Assembly (NCBI RefSeq): GCF_009914755.1
Contig: NC_060929.1
DNA from: the human T2T-CHM13v2.0 reference genome, Homo sapiens
Strand: one strand, 5' to 3'
DNA length: 64,000 nt
Both the position numbers and the translations under genes were made by a program. How positions within the stretch are numbered: position 1 is the first letter of the stretch; every line of letters begins with the position of its first letter. Below, in pieces: positions 42,942-55,934 of the stretch. The notes below the pieces were generated by a model. It was not told the DNA's origin, did not search any database, and saw only the letters and a program-made list of their open reading frames with translations.

Positions 42942-43642
42942 CGCATGGCTCAGGCTTTTCTCATTTGCCTGCAAATTGGGAAGGATGGGAATGATGCCCC
43001 TGCCTCCTTAAGCCTTTCCTAAGATTCACAGAGAAGTTCAGGCCCCTTTTTCTTGGTCTCCTTTTAATTCTGGTGTCAATTTCCTTTGAAACAGTAGCGG
43101 AATGGACTGGCTGCTCTTCCTTATTTCACATAAATGATTTTTAGATACCTGGAACTTTTTCATTACATCTCAATGAAAAAGGAAAGGAGTAAGGCTGACG
43201 TGTAGCTGCAAGGAGAAGGAGCATCCTGCTATTGAGCCCTAGTTAAGGGGCACGTGGAGGAGTCATCTTTCTGTCCTCCCTTGCTAGGAGTGCAGGGCAG
43301 TTAGAAACGTGGATTCAAAGGTGGACTGGGAGAATTTACTAGAATGCCCAAAACAGGGCTGCATTGCTCTAGGGGCACACCCAGACCTGGGCAGCAGTCA
43401 GTTGAGGCATTCATCTGAAATGTGGATTCCTCGGACTCACCCCAGTCCTGCTGGAACTCACTCTGGGATTGGAGTCCAGGAGTCTCATGTGAGTTGAGGA
43501 TGCCATTTGAGATGGAGAGTCAACCATGTTAAATTCTTAGGATCTCCCTCAAGTCCCCTAATTTTCAAAACCATGTTAAAAAATGTCCACTTCTCAATAT
43601 AAATTGTCATTGATAGAAATAATCTTTTTTTAACCTTCCAAG

Positions 43643-43774
43643 TATATGAGCAACGTGGATTCATGGTGTAAAGCTTGCGGTGAGGTAGACCTTCCCTCAG
43701 AGCTGCAGGACCTAGAAGATGCCATTCATCACCACCAGGGAATATATGAACATATCACTCTTGCTTATTCTGAG
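43643..43774 (+). CDS. TRIO: TRIO coding exon 8 (132 nt, phase 0-0): YMSNVDSWCKACGEVDLPSELQDLEDAIHHHQGIYEHITLAYSE
   Basis: ccttccaag|TAT acceptor, GAG|gtaagt donor; overlaps ORF 43646..43984. Confidence 0.97.
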
Positions 43775-44254
43775 GTAAGTGGCCAGTTTTACTTACATTG
43801 CAAAGCAGCATCATTTTTGCATCATAGTACACCGGAAGCTAGAAAAAAAAAAGTTTTGGGTAGCCCAGAAAAAGTTTATAGATTTCGAGTTAGACTGCAG
43901 TTTAATTGTTTAGCATTTGAACCCCTGTGTGTGTGGGGAGTGGGGTGGGGCAGTAGGGGAAGCAGAATGGTGTGCAGGCAGTAGCCTTTCCGATAGAGCG
44001 CTTATATGCTCAGCTGCTACAGTCAAGGAAAACCTAGTCTTTTTTTCTACATGTATTTAAGAAATGTGTATTTTGTGTGCTCTTCAGTCTAGTCAAACTC
44101 AATTTAATCTTCCCAAATGAAACCTTTTAGAGAAGATGGGCTAGATTGCAAGGCACACATGTGTCTATTTTAGAAATCTAAGTGTAACATTTTCTTTATT
44201 ACTTTAGGGTGTATTACATTATTTACTTAGTGAATCCCTGTTTTATTTTCTGCC

Positions 44255-44440
44255 ACCTTCTATGCCAGACTGTATTGTAAGGACTTTATGTAATGACTGA
44301 CTTAATGCTCACGTACTGTATCTGTTCCTGCTGTTCCTGCTGAAGAAAATGAGTCACAGAGATAAATGACTGCGCCAGGTCAGCAGCTAGTGGAGCAGGG
44401 TTAGCCCAGGCAGGCAGGCTGCATGTTCTCAGTCACCACC
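44255..44440 (-). mobile_element. MIR fragment
   Basis: ctatgccagactgtattgtaaggactttatg...gaagaaaatgagtcacagaga...aggtca resembles a reversed MIR. Confidence 0.5.
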
Positions 44441-44967
44441 CTCTGCGGCCTCTGTGCCATACCACGTGGTAGCTGCTTGATGATGCAACTTTAGATGGGT
44501 TGACGAGTACCACCCTTGCCCATGCCTTGTTCCTCTGGCCCTTGAGACCAGCCTACCTTTGTGATAATAGTTACGTTCCTGGAGGTGAAGGCGAGGGGTG
44601 TAGAGAGGAATTCTGTGTCCTTACTTTTCTGCAAGGTTTTCTCCCTGAGTAAGAAGCATCTATATCTACAGTGTTCTATGTTAATATGAAAGATTATCGC
44701 AAGGCTTCTGTAAGAGTTTCACAGCACCTGGAAGAGTGCTGGACAGTGTAGATGTTTAATAAATGCTTTCTGTGTTTAAATCTAAATCTTGATCCAAACA
44801 CATCCAAACTTGTCAAAGTTGTTGGGAAGAAAGTGGCCATTTGCATTTCATTCTGATATTTCCTGTTGTGCTTCACTGCCCAGCTGTCACTCTCATATCC
44901 TTGGGCCTGCCTGTCTTGACATCCTAGTGTCCCTGAGCGAATTAAATGGACATGTGATTTGCTGCTA

Positions 44968-45303
44968 CAGTTTTGTGTCTCATAAAGATGTTTTGGTCAG
45001 TGATGGACTGCAAATAAGACAGTGGTCCTATAAGATTATAATATTGTATTTTACTGTACTTTTTCTATGTTTAGATACACAAATACTTAGCATTGTGGTA
45101 CAGTTGCCTACAGTATTCAGTATAGTAACATGCTGTACAGGTTTGTAGCCTGGAGCAGTGGGCTGCTCCCTATAGCCTAGGTGTGCAGTAGGCTGCATCG
45201 TCTAGCTTTGTGAAAGTCTACATTGTGATGTTCACACAAGGACGAAATTGCCTAATGATTCATTTCTCAAAATGTGTCCCTGATACCACGTGATGTCTAA
45301 CTG
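44968..45303 (+). mobile_element. Tigger3a (MER7A)-like TcMar DNA transposon, near full length
   Basis: ta|cagtt ... aactg|ta termini with TA TSD; internal acagttgcctacagtattcagtatagtaacatgctgtacaggtttgtagcct. Confidence 0.85.
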
Positions 45304-46254
45304 TATATTTGCTTCAGAATGTGGGCAGTCCTTCTCTTTCCCGTGGCAGTTGGTATTTGTTTGTTTCTTTAGCCACCTTTGCCTAATAAGATACAGTTTT
45401 TTCAAGTAACATTTCGTGTTGGCTATGGAATTAAGAAAGTCAACTCTGTATTGTTTCTTAATTTTGCACCAATGTTTCTTAACTAATTTGGTTGTCTAGT
45501 CTGTTAGAAACTATTTAAATAAGTGATAGCCTTTTCTATAGTAAAACTGAAAATTGAACACATTTATAATTTTTTTAATCACATTGGCTCATGAGGATTA
45601 TGTCACTTCTAAAAACCATCAAGTTCTTTCCCGTGATGTGCCATCTCTATGCATTGTCTAATTTTGACCTATAACACAGAAAGCAAATGACCCTGTTACT
45701 CACACATGTAATGAGGCCTCCACTCATCTGCTTATATGAATCTCTTGCTTTGGAGCTGTTCTTTGAATGCAGTGGTGGGCTTGCAGCCAGCTGTCTGCAT
45801 GCCCTTGCCCTTGCCAAACCAAGATGGGCTTGAATAGCCTTCATTTACAAGGTGATTGGCAGACCCTGGGAATACAGTCTTTGTGCATAACTTAAATCAG
45901 AATCACCTTGACCCAGCCAGTGTCATCCTCCAGCCAAGCTGGCTCTTTCAGTCTGCTTGTTGCTCTCGGCAGTTTTCATTAAATACAGAATCTCCTAATT
46001 GTTACCAGTGCATTCTATAAAAATGGGGCATCTTGACACAGGAACTTATGTTTACCTGTGGTATAGTTTTATTTGATTTACATTGGTACCAGTATCTCAA
46101 AATAATTTGATAGGAAGTTAAACAGCCTCTCAAACTGAGGTCTTAGATGGAATTTTAGCCTAAGAACATGTTTGCAACTGAGCTGTAAACTCAAGGAGAC
46201 AGTAATTTGAACTGGATGAACTGAAAGGATTTTCAGTAGAACAGAATGAATTAT

Positions 46255-48500
46255 TTTGCCTCTTAAATTATTTACATTTTGAAATAGTTTCAGGGCTACA
46301 GGAAAGTGGTAGAATAGCACAGAGAACTCCCACATTGCCTCGACCCAGATTTTCCAAGTTGTAGAATTTCACTACGTTGCTCCACCCTCTCTCCCCACTG
46401 CCTCTCTCTCCAGTCAGCAAAGCACCATTGATACAACATGACCATCATCTCCACAGCCACTGATCCTATTTCCCCAAGTGTTCCAATGATGCCCCTTTCT
46501 CTTCTGGTCTGGGGCACTGTCCAGCAATGTGCGCTACATTTAATTGCCATGTCTTACCAATCAGTCTCCTTTAAAATGGAACGTTCTTTAGTCTTTCTCT
46601 GCCTTTATGTCTTTGACATACTTAAAGAGTACAGGCCTTTCTTTCTTTAGATGGCCCTCTACTTCTGGTTGCCCCCAGTTCTCGTGGGCTGACTCAGGCT
46701 GTGCCTTTTTGGCAGTGCATGTCCTTCTCTGGGTGTCATCACAGTGGACAGAGGATACTGACCTCTCCGGCTATGAGTAGTGTTCATCTTGGCCACTTGG
46801 TCAGATTGGTGTCTGCAGGGTTTCTCCAATGCACAGGCACCATTTAAAAAATTAGTCTTTGCTGCACATTTTGTGGGCAGCTACTCTAATAGAATACCAG
46901 TCTCTGTTTCTCATCAGACTTCTCACAGCCATAGTTTCCACTGAGGATTTCTGCCCATAGCAGCCACCACTGTGATGATGATCACCTATTTCCATTATTC
47001 CTTCTGTATTTATTAGGTGGCTTTCTACCATAAGAATGAGCTGTATTTCCTTTCTCTTTTGTTTGTTTATATCAGTATGAAAGTATGAGATCTTACTATA
47101 TCAGTCGGTTATAATTTGATACTCTTTTGATTCCTAAATTGTTCAGACTTGGCCAGCAGGAGCTTTTTTCTGTGTCTTTTTGATATGTCCTTATTGTCCT
47201 TTGAGCACTTGTTCCCAGCTCATTTTGTACTTTCCCTGCCTACCCTGGGATCACTCGTCTCACTAAGTGGGATGGTTCCTTACAGTATTGTATGGTGTTT
47301 AGAATTTTAAAGACCTGGGTTCTCAGAGTTTTGTTTGTTTGTGAGGTGTCACTGCTTCTAGACCCTCTTAGCAGACAGACTTATGAAACATATGAATGCC
47401 ATCCATTCACCCATCCATCCGTCTATCTCTGCATCCATCTGTCCACCTAACCACCCGTTGTTCATCCACCCGACCACCCATCCATCTACCCAATCACCCA
47501 ACCACCCATCCATCCATCCACCCACCCACCCACGCACCCAACCACCCATTCATCTGTCCATCCATCCATCCATTCAGTCACCCATCCATCCATCCATCCT
47601 TCCATCCAACCATCCATCCCTCTATTTATCCAATCCCCATCCATTATTCCATCCAACCAATTACCCAGCCACCCATCCGTCCATCCATCCACCCTCCCAA
47701 CCTCCATCCATTTATCCATCCATCCACCTAATCACCCAACCACCCATTCATCTGTCCATTTATCCAATCATTCATTCATTGATGCGTTCATTCATCCATT
47801 CATCCAACCAGTCACCCAACCACCCATTCATCATCCATCCATCCATCCATCCATCCATCCATTCATTCTCCTAATCACCCAACCACCCATTCATTTGTCC
47901 ATCCATCCATCCATCCATCCATCCATCCATCCATCCATCCAATTACCCATCCATTCATCTATCCAACCAACCACCCAACCACCCATCCTACAGCCATCCA
48001 CCTACATTTATCAATCTACCCATCTACCCATATCCATCCATCTGCCGTATCACTAAATTGCCCATCCATTGACTCAGTCACCCAACCACCCATCCACATT
48101 TGTCTAGTCCATCTGTCCATCCACCCAGTCACCCAACCACCTATCCATACACCCAGTCACCCAACTGTCCATCGCCACCTCATCACCCAACCATCCATCC
48201 ACCCACGCAGTCACCCAGCCACTCAGCCACTCATTCATTTATCTATCTACCCACCACTTACCCACCCACCCACCCATCCACACATTTATCTACACATGCA
48301 CATACACATCCATATAAAATTACTGCTGTATCTATCTGTGTCTATCTGTATTAAAAATACATGTGTTTGTGCATTTCGAATCCAATACCTCAGGGTTCTT
48401 TCCATCCTTTCCCTTTCTAAGTTTGTTAATCTATTCTCAGGCAGCAAGAAACCTGGCTTCTATTTTCCTTAATGTATTAACTTACTTGTTCACTTGGTGT
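46255..48500 (-). mobile_element. Old L1MC-like 3' region interrupted by the (CATC)n tract
   Basis: attttgaaatagtttcagg...agaatagcacagagaactccc start; shares motifs with the 13-15 kb L1; resumes after about 48315. Confidence 0.6.
47398..48315. repeat. Degenerate (CATC)n/(CACC)n simple repeat
   Basis: Directly visible; pure (CATC)n run at about 47898-47940. Confidence 0.95.
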
Positions 48501-48705
48501 ATTTGCTCCATTTCCCAACCATTCTGTCTGGGTTCTCCACCTCCAACTCCTACCACCCACTCCCTTAACCTGGCACAGGGACACCTCTTTTGGCACCTCC
48601 ACCCCTCACTTCCTCATTTTCTTCATGCCAAGAGGGAAGGTGTCAGGAAGATGGGAAGGGAAGGACTGCTTTTGTTTTGTAAGTGATTTTTATTTTATAT
48701 TCCTA

Positions 48706-48855
48706 AATCAGTGGTTTGCAGACTTGAGTGTCTTGGCTTAAAATGCAGCAGTACTCTACCCCAGAGATAGTGAATCTCCATTTTCAGAGGCCTTCCCTAG
48801 TTCTGCAGTGACTGATGCCAATGGTACACAGATCACATGCTGAGCAGCACTCCTG
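48706..48855. mobile_element. MER5-like hAT fragment
   Basis: cagtggtttgcagacttgagtg ... gatcacatgctgagcagcact termini. Confidence 0.45.
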
Positions 48856-49876
48856 AGCTTGCTCTGAAGAGCTGGGGGTCTGCTGAGGAGGTGTCCATCT
48901 CACAGATACGGAGCCCCTGCTAAGTGCTAGACATTGAACTGGATGCCGGGTCATGTGGGGTTAGGAGTACTTATAAGCAGGGCTTGCTTTGCTTTTTTTT
49001 ATTTCCTTTTCCTTGCCTCTCTCTTCCTGTCCTTCCTTATTCCCTTTCTTCTCTCCTCCTCTCTTCATTTTCTCTACAATTTTTTTTCTTTGAACAGGGT
49101 TTATAGTTTCTAGTCTCTGATCATATAAATTTGCTTTGGGAAACTTTCCCAGCATTTTTCTTCCAAGACGCAAGCACCTGCTCTGCTGTGCTTTAATTAG
49201 ACCTGCCCGTGTCACTCCTGTTTGTGCTTTAGCAACAGGAACGCACCTGGGCCTCCTGAACACTCACTTGCTTCAGCTTGCCAGCTCTGAGCTTATCTTG
49301 TTGGCTACAGTTGATCACAAGAGAGTGAAGCAGTGTAAACGTCGGAGATAAGTTGTAGTCATTTTTAACATTTTAAGTAAGCCAACTCAGCTACCAGTTT
49401 TTCAACAAACTGAATTTATAAAAATGATTTTCATCTCAGTGTGCCTGTGTTGCCTCACAAGCCTCAATGCCAGGTGTTTGGATTGCAAGGTGAGACTGCA
49501 TAGTAAGCAGCCACACATCCACCAAAGGGCCACTGCTGCAGCCACGGAGCACAAGCAAGGCGAAGTGCCATGGGGCGTTGGCCTGCTGGATCTCATGTGA
49601 CTTCAGGGCTTAGATTCTGCATCCATTTCTCAGTTTAACAAATGTGCCAACTTAGTGTGTGCCTCAACAGGGCCTCATGGGAATGACTGATTTGCTGCCT
49701 GCAAAGCTGGTTGAGCTCCTGTTTAAAGGCACTGTATCAGTGGGTGATGGCAGGGTCAGTGCTATTAGCCTAAGATGAAAACACACAGCAAAATGAGTCA
49801 CCTGGATAGGAAACTTCTTAAAACCAAAAAACCACCTCTCCGTGATGTGTGTGGAAGCTCAGTTCCCTTGCGGTAG

Positions 49877-50176
<300 letters not shown>

Positions 50177-52719
50177 GTCACTTCCATCACAGTTGTATAA
50201 AGCCTCATTAAAGATCGCAGTGTTGCTGTAGCGACATGCAGTGCTGTAGTCAGCATCTGCCATAGTATCAGAGCCAACAGCCCATATGACAGCTGTCTTC
50301 TTCTCACCCCAAACTCAGCTTGAGGCCTTGCAAGCACTTGAAATATAAGAGCAGCAAAAGTAGAGCCCAGGTGCAGCCTATGGAACACACATGTCAGGCA
50401 TATGGAACTGACTCACGCCAACTGGGCTGCTCCAGACGTTTCCTGTTTTGGTCTTATTTTGGTTTTTCCTTTCTGATAATCCCAGGTTTACAGGTGTCAG
50501 AGAGTCAAACCAAGGTAAACTGATCTGGTTTTGAATAAGAAACTGAATAGCTGAAAGAAATAGAAATCATCATTTGGAGGTCCATCCAATAAGAACTTTG
50601 CCTGGAGAAGGAACCAGCTTTCTCTGTGTTCTCCCTGAAGCATGGGAAAGTATCTGTCGTTGGGAACACACATGACCTTTCAGGAGGTAATTGACCTGCA
50701 CTGTTGGTAGGAGCATCTTATGTAGCCATCTGAAGACAGATTGGAACCTCCTTACTCAGAAGGGTTCGATTGTTTGGCCAAGGAATGTCAACTGTTGCTG
50801 CAGAATAAGCTGGGTGGTTACCTGCTGACCCCTTTTCATTCTTTTCTGCTTTATTAGAACCTTGATATGAGAATAAGTTCAGCAAGAGTTGGAGAGGAGA
50901 GTGAAATCATTCCCAGGCTTCGTGTGGAGGTCTGTGCTTTGCAGGCCATGGCGAGCTAAGCCTGAAAAAGAATTAAGACGGTGTTGGCTTTGAGTCAGCA
51001 GAAATAGTGCAATTCATTTCATAAAAGTTTTGAAGGAACACTTTTTCTTTATTACAGGCTAAATGTCTTGGTGTATTTTGCCTGTTTTTGTTGTATCTTG
51101 GGAATGCCATTTTCTAGCACTTTTTAGATCTAAAACACTGCGTTTGGACCTAATTGATATGCTGTCACTCATCTTTATTTGGTCTTTGGGCAGTTGTTGC
51201 TTTTGCAGTGGTAAGCAAGAATGTCTAGATGCTATTGTCTTTCCTTAGGTCAGAGCCACGTTCATCCCTTGTGCAGGTGAAGAATATTCCTGCTGGAAAC
51301 GCTCAGCCCTCATCTGATTTTACAGGAAACGTAGAGATCCCAGTACCAGAAACAAGAATAGGCAAATCTCTGAAGTTTTATGGCTCTTTTTAAGGGTGAC
51401 ATGCAGAAATCCAAGTTACAAGTCTATGTGCAGTTCTGATGAACAGTAAATATTCAAGAAGCAGCCCATTGTTCTACATTTTAAATAGTTACACTACCTT
51501 TTAAATATTAGGAACAAACATATCTTTGATATGGTAAAATTTTAAACTTACCTTTAATTACTTTTTCTGCTTTAGTTAGTACTTGCATTTTTCTGAACTC
51601 ATTTGGATATCAGAGCATTTTAGTTTCTCTTTATAAAATGTTAATCTTTGTAATATGTAACTTTGATTGCCCTTCAAGTTCCCCAGCTGTGTATTCCAAG
51701 AAAAACAAAGAGCAGACTGAAAAATGAGCTGATCTGATCGGTTCAAAAATTATTATAGGAAAGTCCTGCTATTTAATAAGGTTGATTTTCTTTTTGCAGC
51801 TGTTGTCTCTTTGTGGCTCAGAGTTTCAGTGCCTGGAAGCTGAAAACAGAGTTTTAAACAAAATGTATAACTGAAGTAAATTCACTCACCTGGTTCAGTA
51901 GTTAAGAAACTGTGGAACTACACTACATGCCATAAACTTACATTACTTGTTTTAGCACTTACATTTTATATGAATTTTTTTGTCTGCTCTATATAGTCTC
52001 TTCTTTCATTAATTTTCTCCTGGTTATTCTGTACCATTTAAAAATTATTATCTCTATACAACAGAACAGCAGTCCTCATAAAATTGTAGCATGTTGTTTC
52101 CACATAATATTACTGTAATTACAAAGACTAAGACATTTTGCCAAAAGTGAAAACTATATATGCCATCCTTTATGTGCTTAAATCATACTTTTTAATTGCC
52201 AAATCTACAAAACTTGTACTGAAATAATATAGAATCATATTTGGAAAGGTTTATTGGCGAAATGCTGTTTTTGAACATGGATTTGGAGTTCCATGCTGTC
52301 TGGTTTTAAAGTGGGTCCAAGAGGTGTTATCTCGCCCAGGGTCTTTACTGCCGCTGTCACTATCAGTAAATGACAGTACCAGTGGTGGGACCAACAGACA
52401 CATTAATCCCTGCTTATGAATTCTCAGAAGGTGGAGCTTTCCTTAATGAGTTGTTTTATGTTAAGGTATTTGTGTATTGACTTTCTCAGCAGACATTTCC
52501 CACTACCCCTCCACCGCCATGAGCAAGTGTGTCCTTCGAAATCCAGTCATGATCTCTGGCATGGAGATCTGTTAAACAGTTGCAGAGACACTCAAGGAAA
52601 GAAATATTGCATGGAATGTTGTTGCTTAGAGTACTCCATTCTCAGTAGAAGAATATTAATGGTGTCACAGGGATGAGTTTTGGAAACTTGCTGAGGGCTG
52701 GGAACTCATCTTGTCCTTT

Positions 52720-53200
52720 TGCATTTGGTGGTTTAAGTTGCAAAACAATGGCTTAAGATGGAAATTGGCTTTCTCCCTGTGTAAAAGAAATCCAAAGGCT
52801 GTCATTCCAGGGCTAGTGTGGTAGCTCTATTAGTAAGAGGATCTGTGGATCCTTCTGTCTTTCTGTGTTGCCTTTTTTAGCAGGTAGGCTGCTGTTCTTA
52901 AGATTGCCTCAGAGTCATCAATAACTGCTAAAGCTCCAGCTATCTCATTCAAGTTCTTGGCGGCAAGGAGGAGGAAGGGACAAGGGGATGAGCATACCTG
53001 CCAGCTTAGCCCCTAAACAGCTTTCCTGGAATTCCCATTCAACATTTTTTACTTTTGTATATTGGCCACTCATATATGTAAGCAAGGCTGGGAAATGTGG
53101 CATTACAGCTGGAGTGTTGCTGTTTCTGACTGTAGGGGTTTGGCTATCAAGGAGGGCAAGTGGACTTTGGGGAAGCAGCTGTCAGTTTCTGGCACATGTT
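52720..53200. mobile_element. Old MLT1-like MaLR LTR fragment
   Basis: aacaatggcttaa...ccagggctagt...attggcca...gcaaggctgggaaatgt resemble MLT1J/K-type motifs; by eye only. Confidence 0.4.
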
Positions 53201-54442
53201 CACCAAATCATAGGCTCTGGTGTACATTTTCCAACAGTAATGCAAGGAGTAAAATGTAGAGGAAATATTTGTAAGGAATTCTTTTTAGGGTTAACACCAT
53301 GTGAAATGTATGACTTGGAGCAGTAGCTCTCAGTTCTAAGAGATGCAGCACTCCAATGATATAACACAAATTTTATGACACCTGCTTTATGATCCTGAAC
53401 TAAAATGCATACGTAGTTTAATCTACCTTTGCATATAATTTATATGTGTACATAAAAATTATATGCTACATTGTAAGTTGGAGACAAAGGTGATTTATGA
53501 TAAAATGTTTTTCAGTCTATAAATGCCTAAATACATCTATTGTAGGTGAAAAAATTAGATATTCAGATGCTGGTCATATATATAAAACTATTGTGAATAT
53601 AGCAACTACAACTGTAGCCTGGTCATGTGGCATCTTGGTGATGCGAGTATTGAGAATGGTTTTATTGTGGTCATGTGATATTTTGAAAGGGAAAACAGCT
53701 CTTGTAAAGTTCCAAAGAAAACCAAACACTGTCTTTGATTAACATGGTTGTTGGATTTGTGGGAAGATCAGTATGTTAAAACTGGGCAAAAGAGAAAAAC
53801 CGTGTATTTATGTGTTAAAAACAGCCTTGCCTAGATGATCACGAAAAGCAGGACATTTCTTCACCATGTGCTAATATCCTGCTCATTTCAGAGTACCCTG
53901 CTTCTCTGAATCCACCACCCAAATCAATCATGGTGCCTCCTCTCTTCAAAATCTTTGCATCAGCAATGTCCACACCAATTTCAGTGACTTCTGGGCACAA
54001 ATGAGAACCCTGCTTGAGAAGACTGTTTAAATTTTCCATTTTTGTTTTAACTGACACTAATTCAGCAGTTAACTTGGTTGGTTTTTCCTTTATTATCTTT
54101 GGTTATGTCAGCTGAGCTGATTTCCTCCCAAGTTTTGCTGTTAGGCTGTATTAAGTGAATTTTAAACCCTGAAGCCTTCGTAAGGAATAATCAGCATTTC
54201 CAACGTCTCAAATTCAGGTATTGAAAAGTAAACGTGTTACAATCTGGCACAACTGCAGTTAGAAGAGGATTAAAGGAAGCGATTAGGAAATTCTGCAGGG
54301 TCACTTGCCACCAGGTTTTGGTTTAAAGGCTCTCAGTGTTAGCTTTTCCCATTTACCTATTCCCTGTGTGCTCTTTTTTATTCTAAGGGTTTCTTCTAAA
54401 CTGGGCTTGTGTCTGTTAAAAGTGCCCCTGAACTTGCTCCTC

Positions 54443-54741
54443 TTTTTTTTTTTTTTTTTGAGATGGAGTCTCACTCTGTCGCCCAGGCTGGAGTGCAGTG
54501 GCACACGATCTCGGCTCACTGCAACTTTCATCTCCTGGGGTCAAGCCATTCTCCTGCCTCAGCCTCCCGAGTAGCTGGGACTACAGGTGCCCGCCACCAC
54601 GCCCAGCTAATTTTTGTATTTTTAGTAGAGACGGGGTTTCACCATGTTGGCCAGGATGGTCTCGATCTCTTGACCTTGTGATCCGCCTGCCTCGGCCTCC
54701 CAAAGTGCTGGGATTACAGGCGAGAGACACCACACCCGGCC
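54443..54741 (-). mobile_element. AluSc-like, antisense
   Basis: T17 tail; ttggccaggatggtctcgatctcttgacct diagnostic segment. Confidence 0.93.
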
Positions 54742-55547
54742 TGCTTACTAGAAACTCAAAGAGGTTTTTAGATTTGGAAGTATCTAAGCTGAAGGATCAT
54801 GTGAAGAGGCCCTACCTACTTAAGACACCTGCATCCCACACCTGGTTACCTTATGCATCTCACACACACTTTGTGTTGTCTGATTGTCACTTTTTTTCCC
54901 CCCAATAACATCTGGCGTAATTAATTACTCATAAGTCTTATGAATCACTTTTAAGTAGGAAAAATACATAATGTTTTTCTTTCTAAATTGCACCCTCACC
55001 TTTTCTTATTTCTTTGATTAACCCGAATACTTTCATTTAATTGTAGTTTGAGAATAAATTGCCATAATATAGCACTTGATGGCATTTTAATTAAAACTAC
55101 CTTTTAAAGTTAATGAACCAAATAGAATGGCATTTTAAATTTTCTTTTGTGAAGTTAAATTGCTCTCCAGCTATGTCAGAAAGTTTAAGTACATATTCTA
55201 TGCCTAGTGCTAGATTGATTTTTTTGTTTTAACTGAGGCTTTAAGGAACAATTTTGTTCCATTGTGATGATCTGCTGTATTCTCTTTAACATGTCTCGAG
55301 ATAAAATTATTACTTTTAAATTTTAATTTGCAGATATCCCAGGAATGCAGTTTCTGTTAGTTGATTTATGGCATTTAAGGCAAATAGTATGCCTATTCAT
55401 TGAGTGGTATCTACTACAGTGTTTTGTAGTAATTAATGTTCTTTTATTTTCACCTAGTGTTTTGCATCATTTGGCTTTGTGATGTCATTGGATAGCTGAT
55501 GGATTGTTTTAAATTTTATCCTATATAAAACTGCCTCTGAGTAAAAC

Positions 55548-55626
55548 TGTGGTGTGTGAATGAATGTCTGGGCATGTGTGTAATGTGTGTACATGTACGT
55601 GTGTGCCTGTATGTGCACACACATGT
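55548..55626 (+). repeat. TG-rich low-complexity tract upstream of exon 9
   Basis: gtgtgtgaatgaatgtctgggcatgtgtgtaatgtgtgtacatgtacgtgtgtgcctgtatgtg. Confidence 0.8.
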
Positions 55627-55703
55627 ATCCAAGGACAGCATCTGTGGCACAGCCTAGGCCAAACCTCAGATCGTGAAGAATCACTCATTTCTTTTGTGGG
55701 CAG

Positions 55704-55934
55704 GTCAGCCAAGATGGGAAGTCGCTCCTTGACAAGCTCCAGCGGCCCTTGACTCCCGGCAGCTCCGATTCCCTGACAGCCTCTGCCAACTACTCCAAGG
55801 CCGTGCACCATGTCCTGGATGTCATCCACGAGGTGCTGCACCACCAGCGGCAGCTGGAGAACATCTGGCAACACCGCAAGGTCCGGCTGCATCAGAGGCT
55901 GCAGCTGTGTGTTTTCCAGCAGGACGTTCAGCAG
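55704..55934 (+). CDS. TRIO: TRIO coding exon 9 (231 nt, phase 0-0): VSQDGKSLLDKLQRPLTPG...LQLCVFQQDVQQ
   Basis: cttttgtgggcag|GTC acceptor, CAG|gtcagt donor; overlaps ORF 55749..55985. Confidence 0.97.

Noticed and set aside
42148-43022. Repetitive ORFs (PAAAIPIPAQSPPL..., WDGCRRTVDDPGDGG...) and the CRISPR-like look of the array
   Set aside because: The ORFs arise because the 72-bp unit is a multiple of 3, and they frameshift at the 70-bp units. The units are contiguous with no unique spacers, so this is a minisatellite.
47358-48354. His/Pro/Ser-rich and Trp/Met/Gly-rich ORFs
   Set aside because: They are translations of the (CATC)n simple repeat.
55521-55530. Perfect TATA box (ctatataaaa) upstream of exon 9
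   Set aside because: Expected by chance in AT-rich intron, with no other promoter features nearby.
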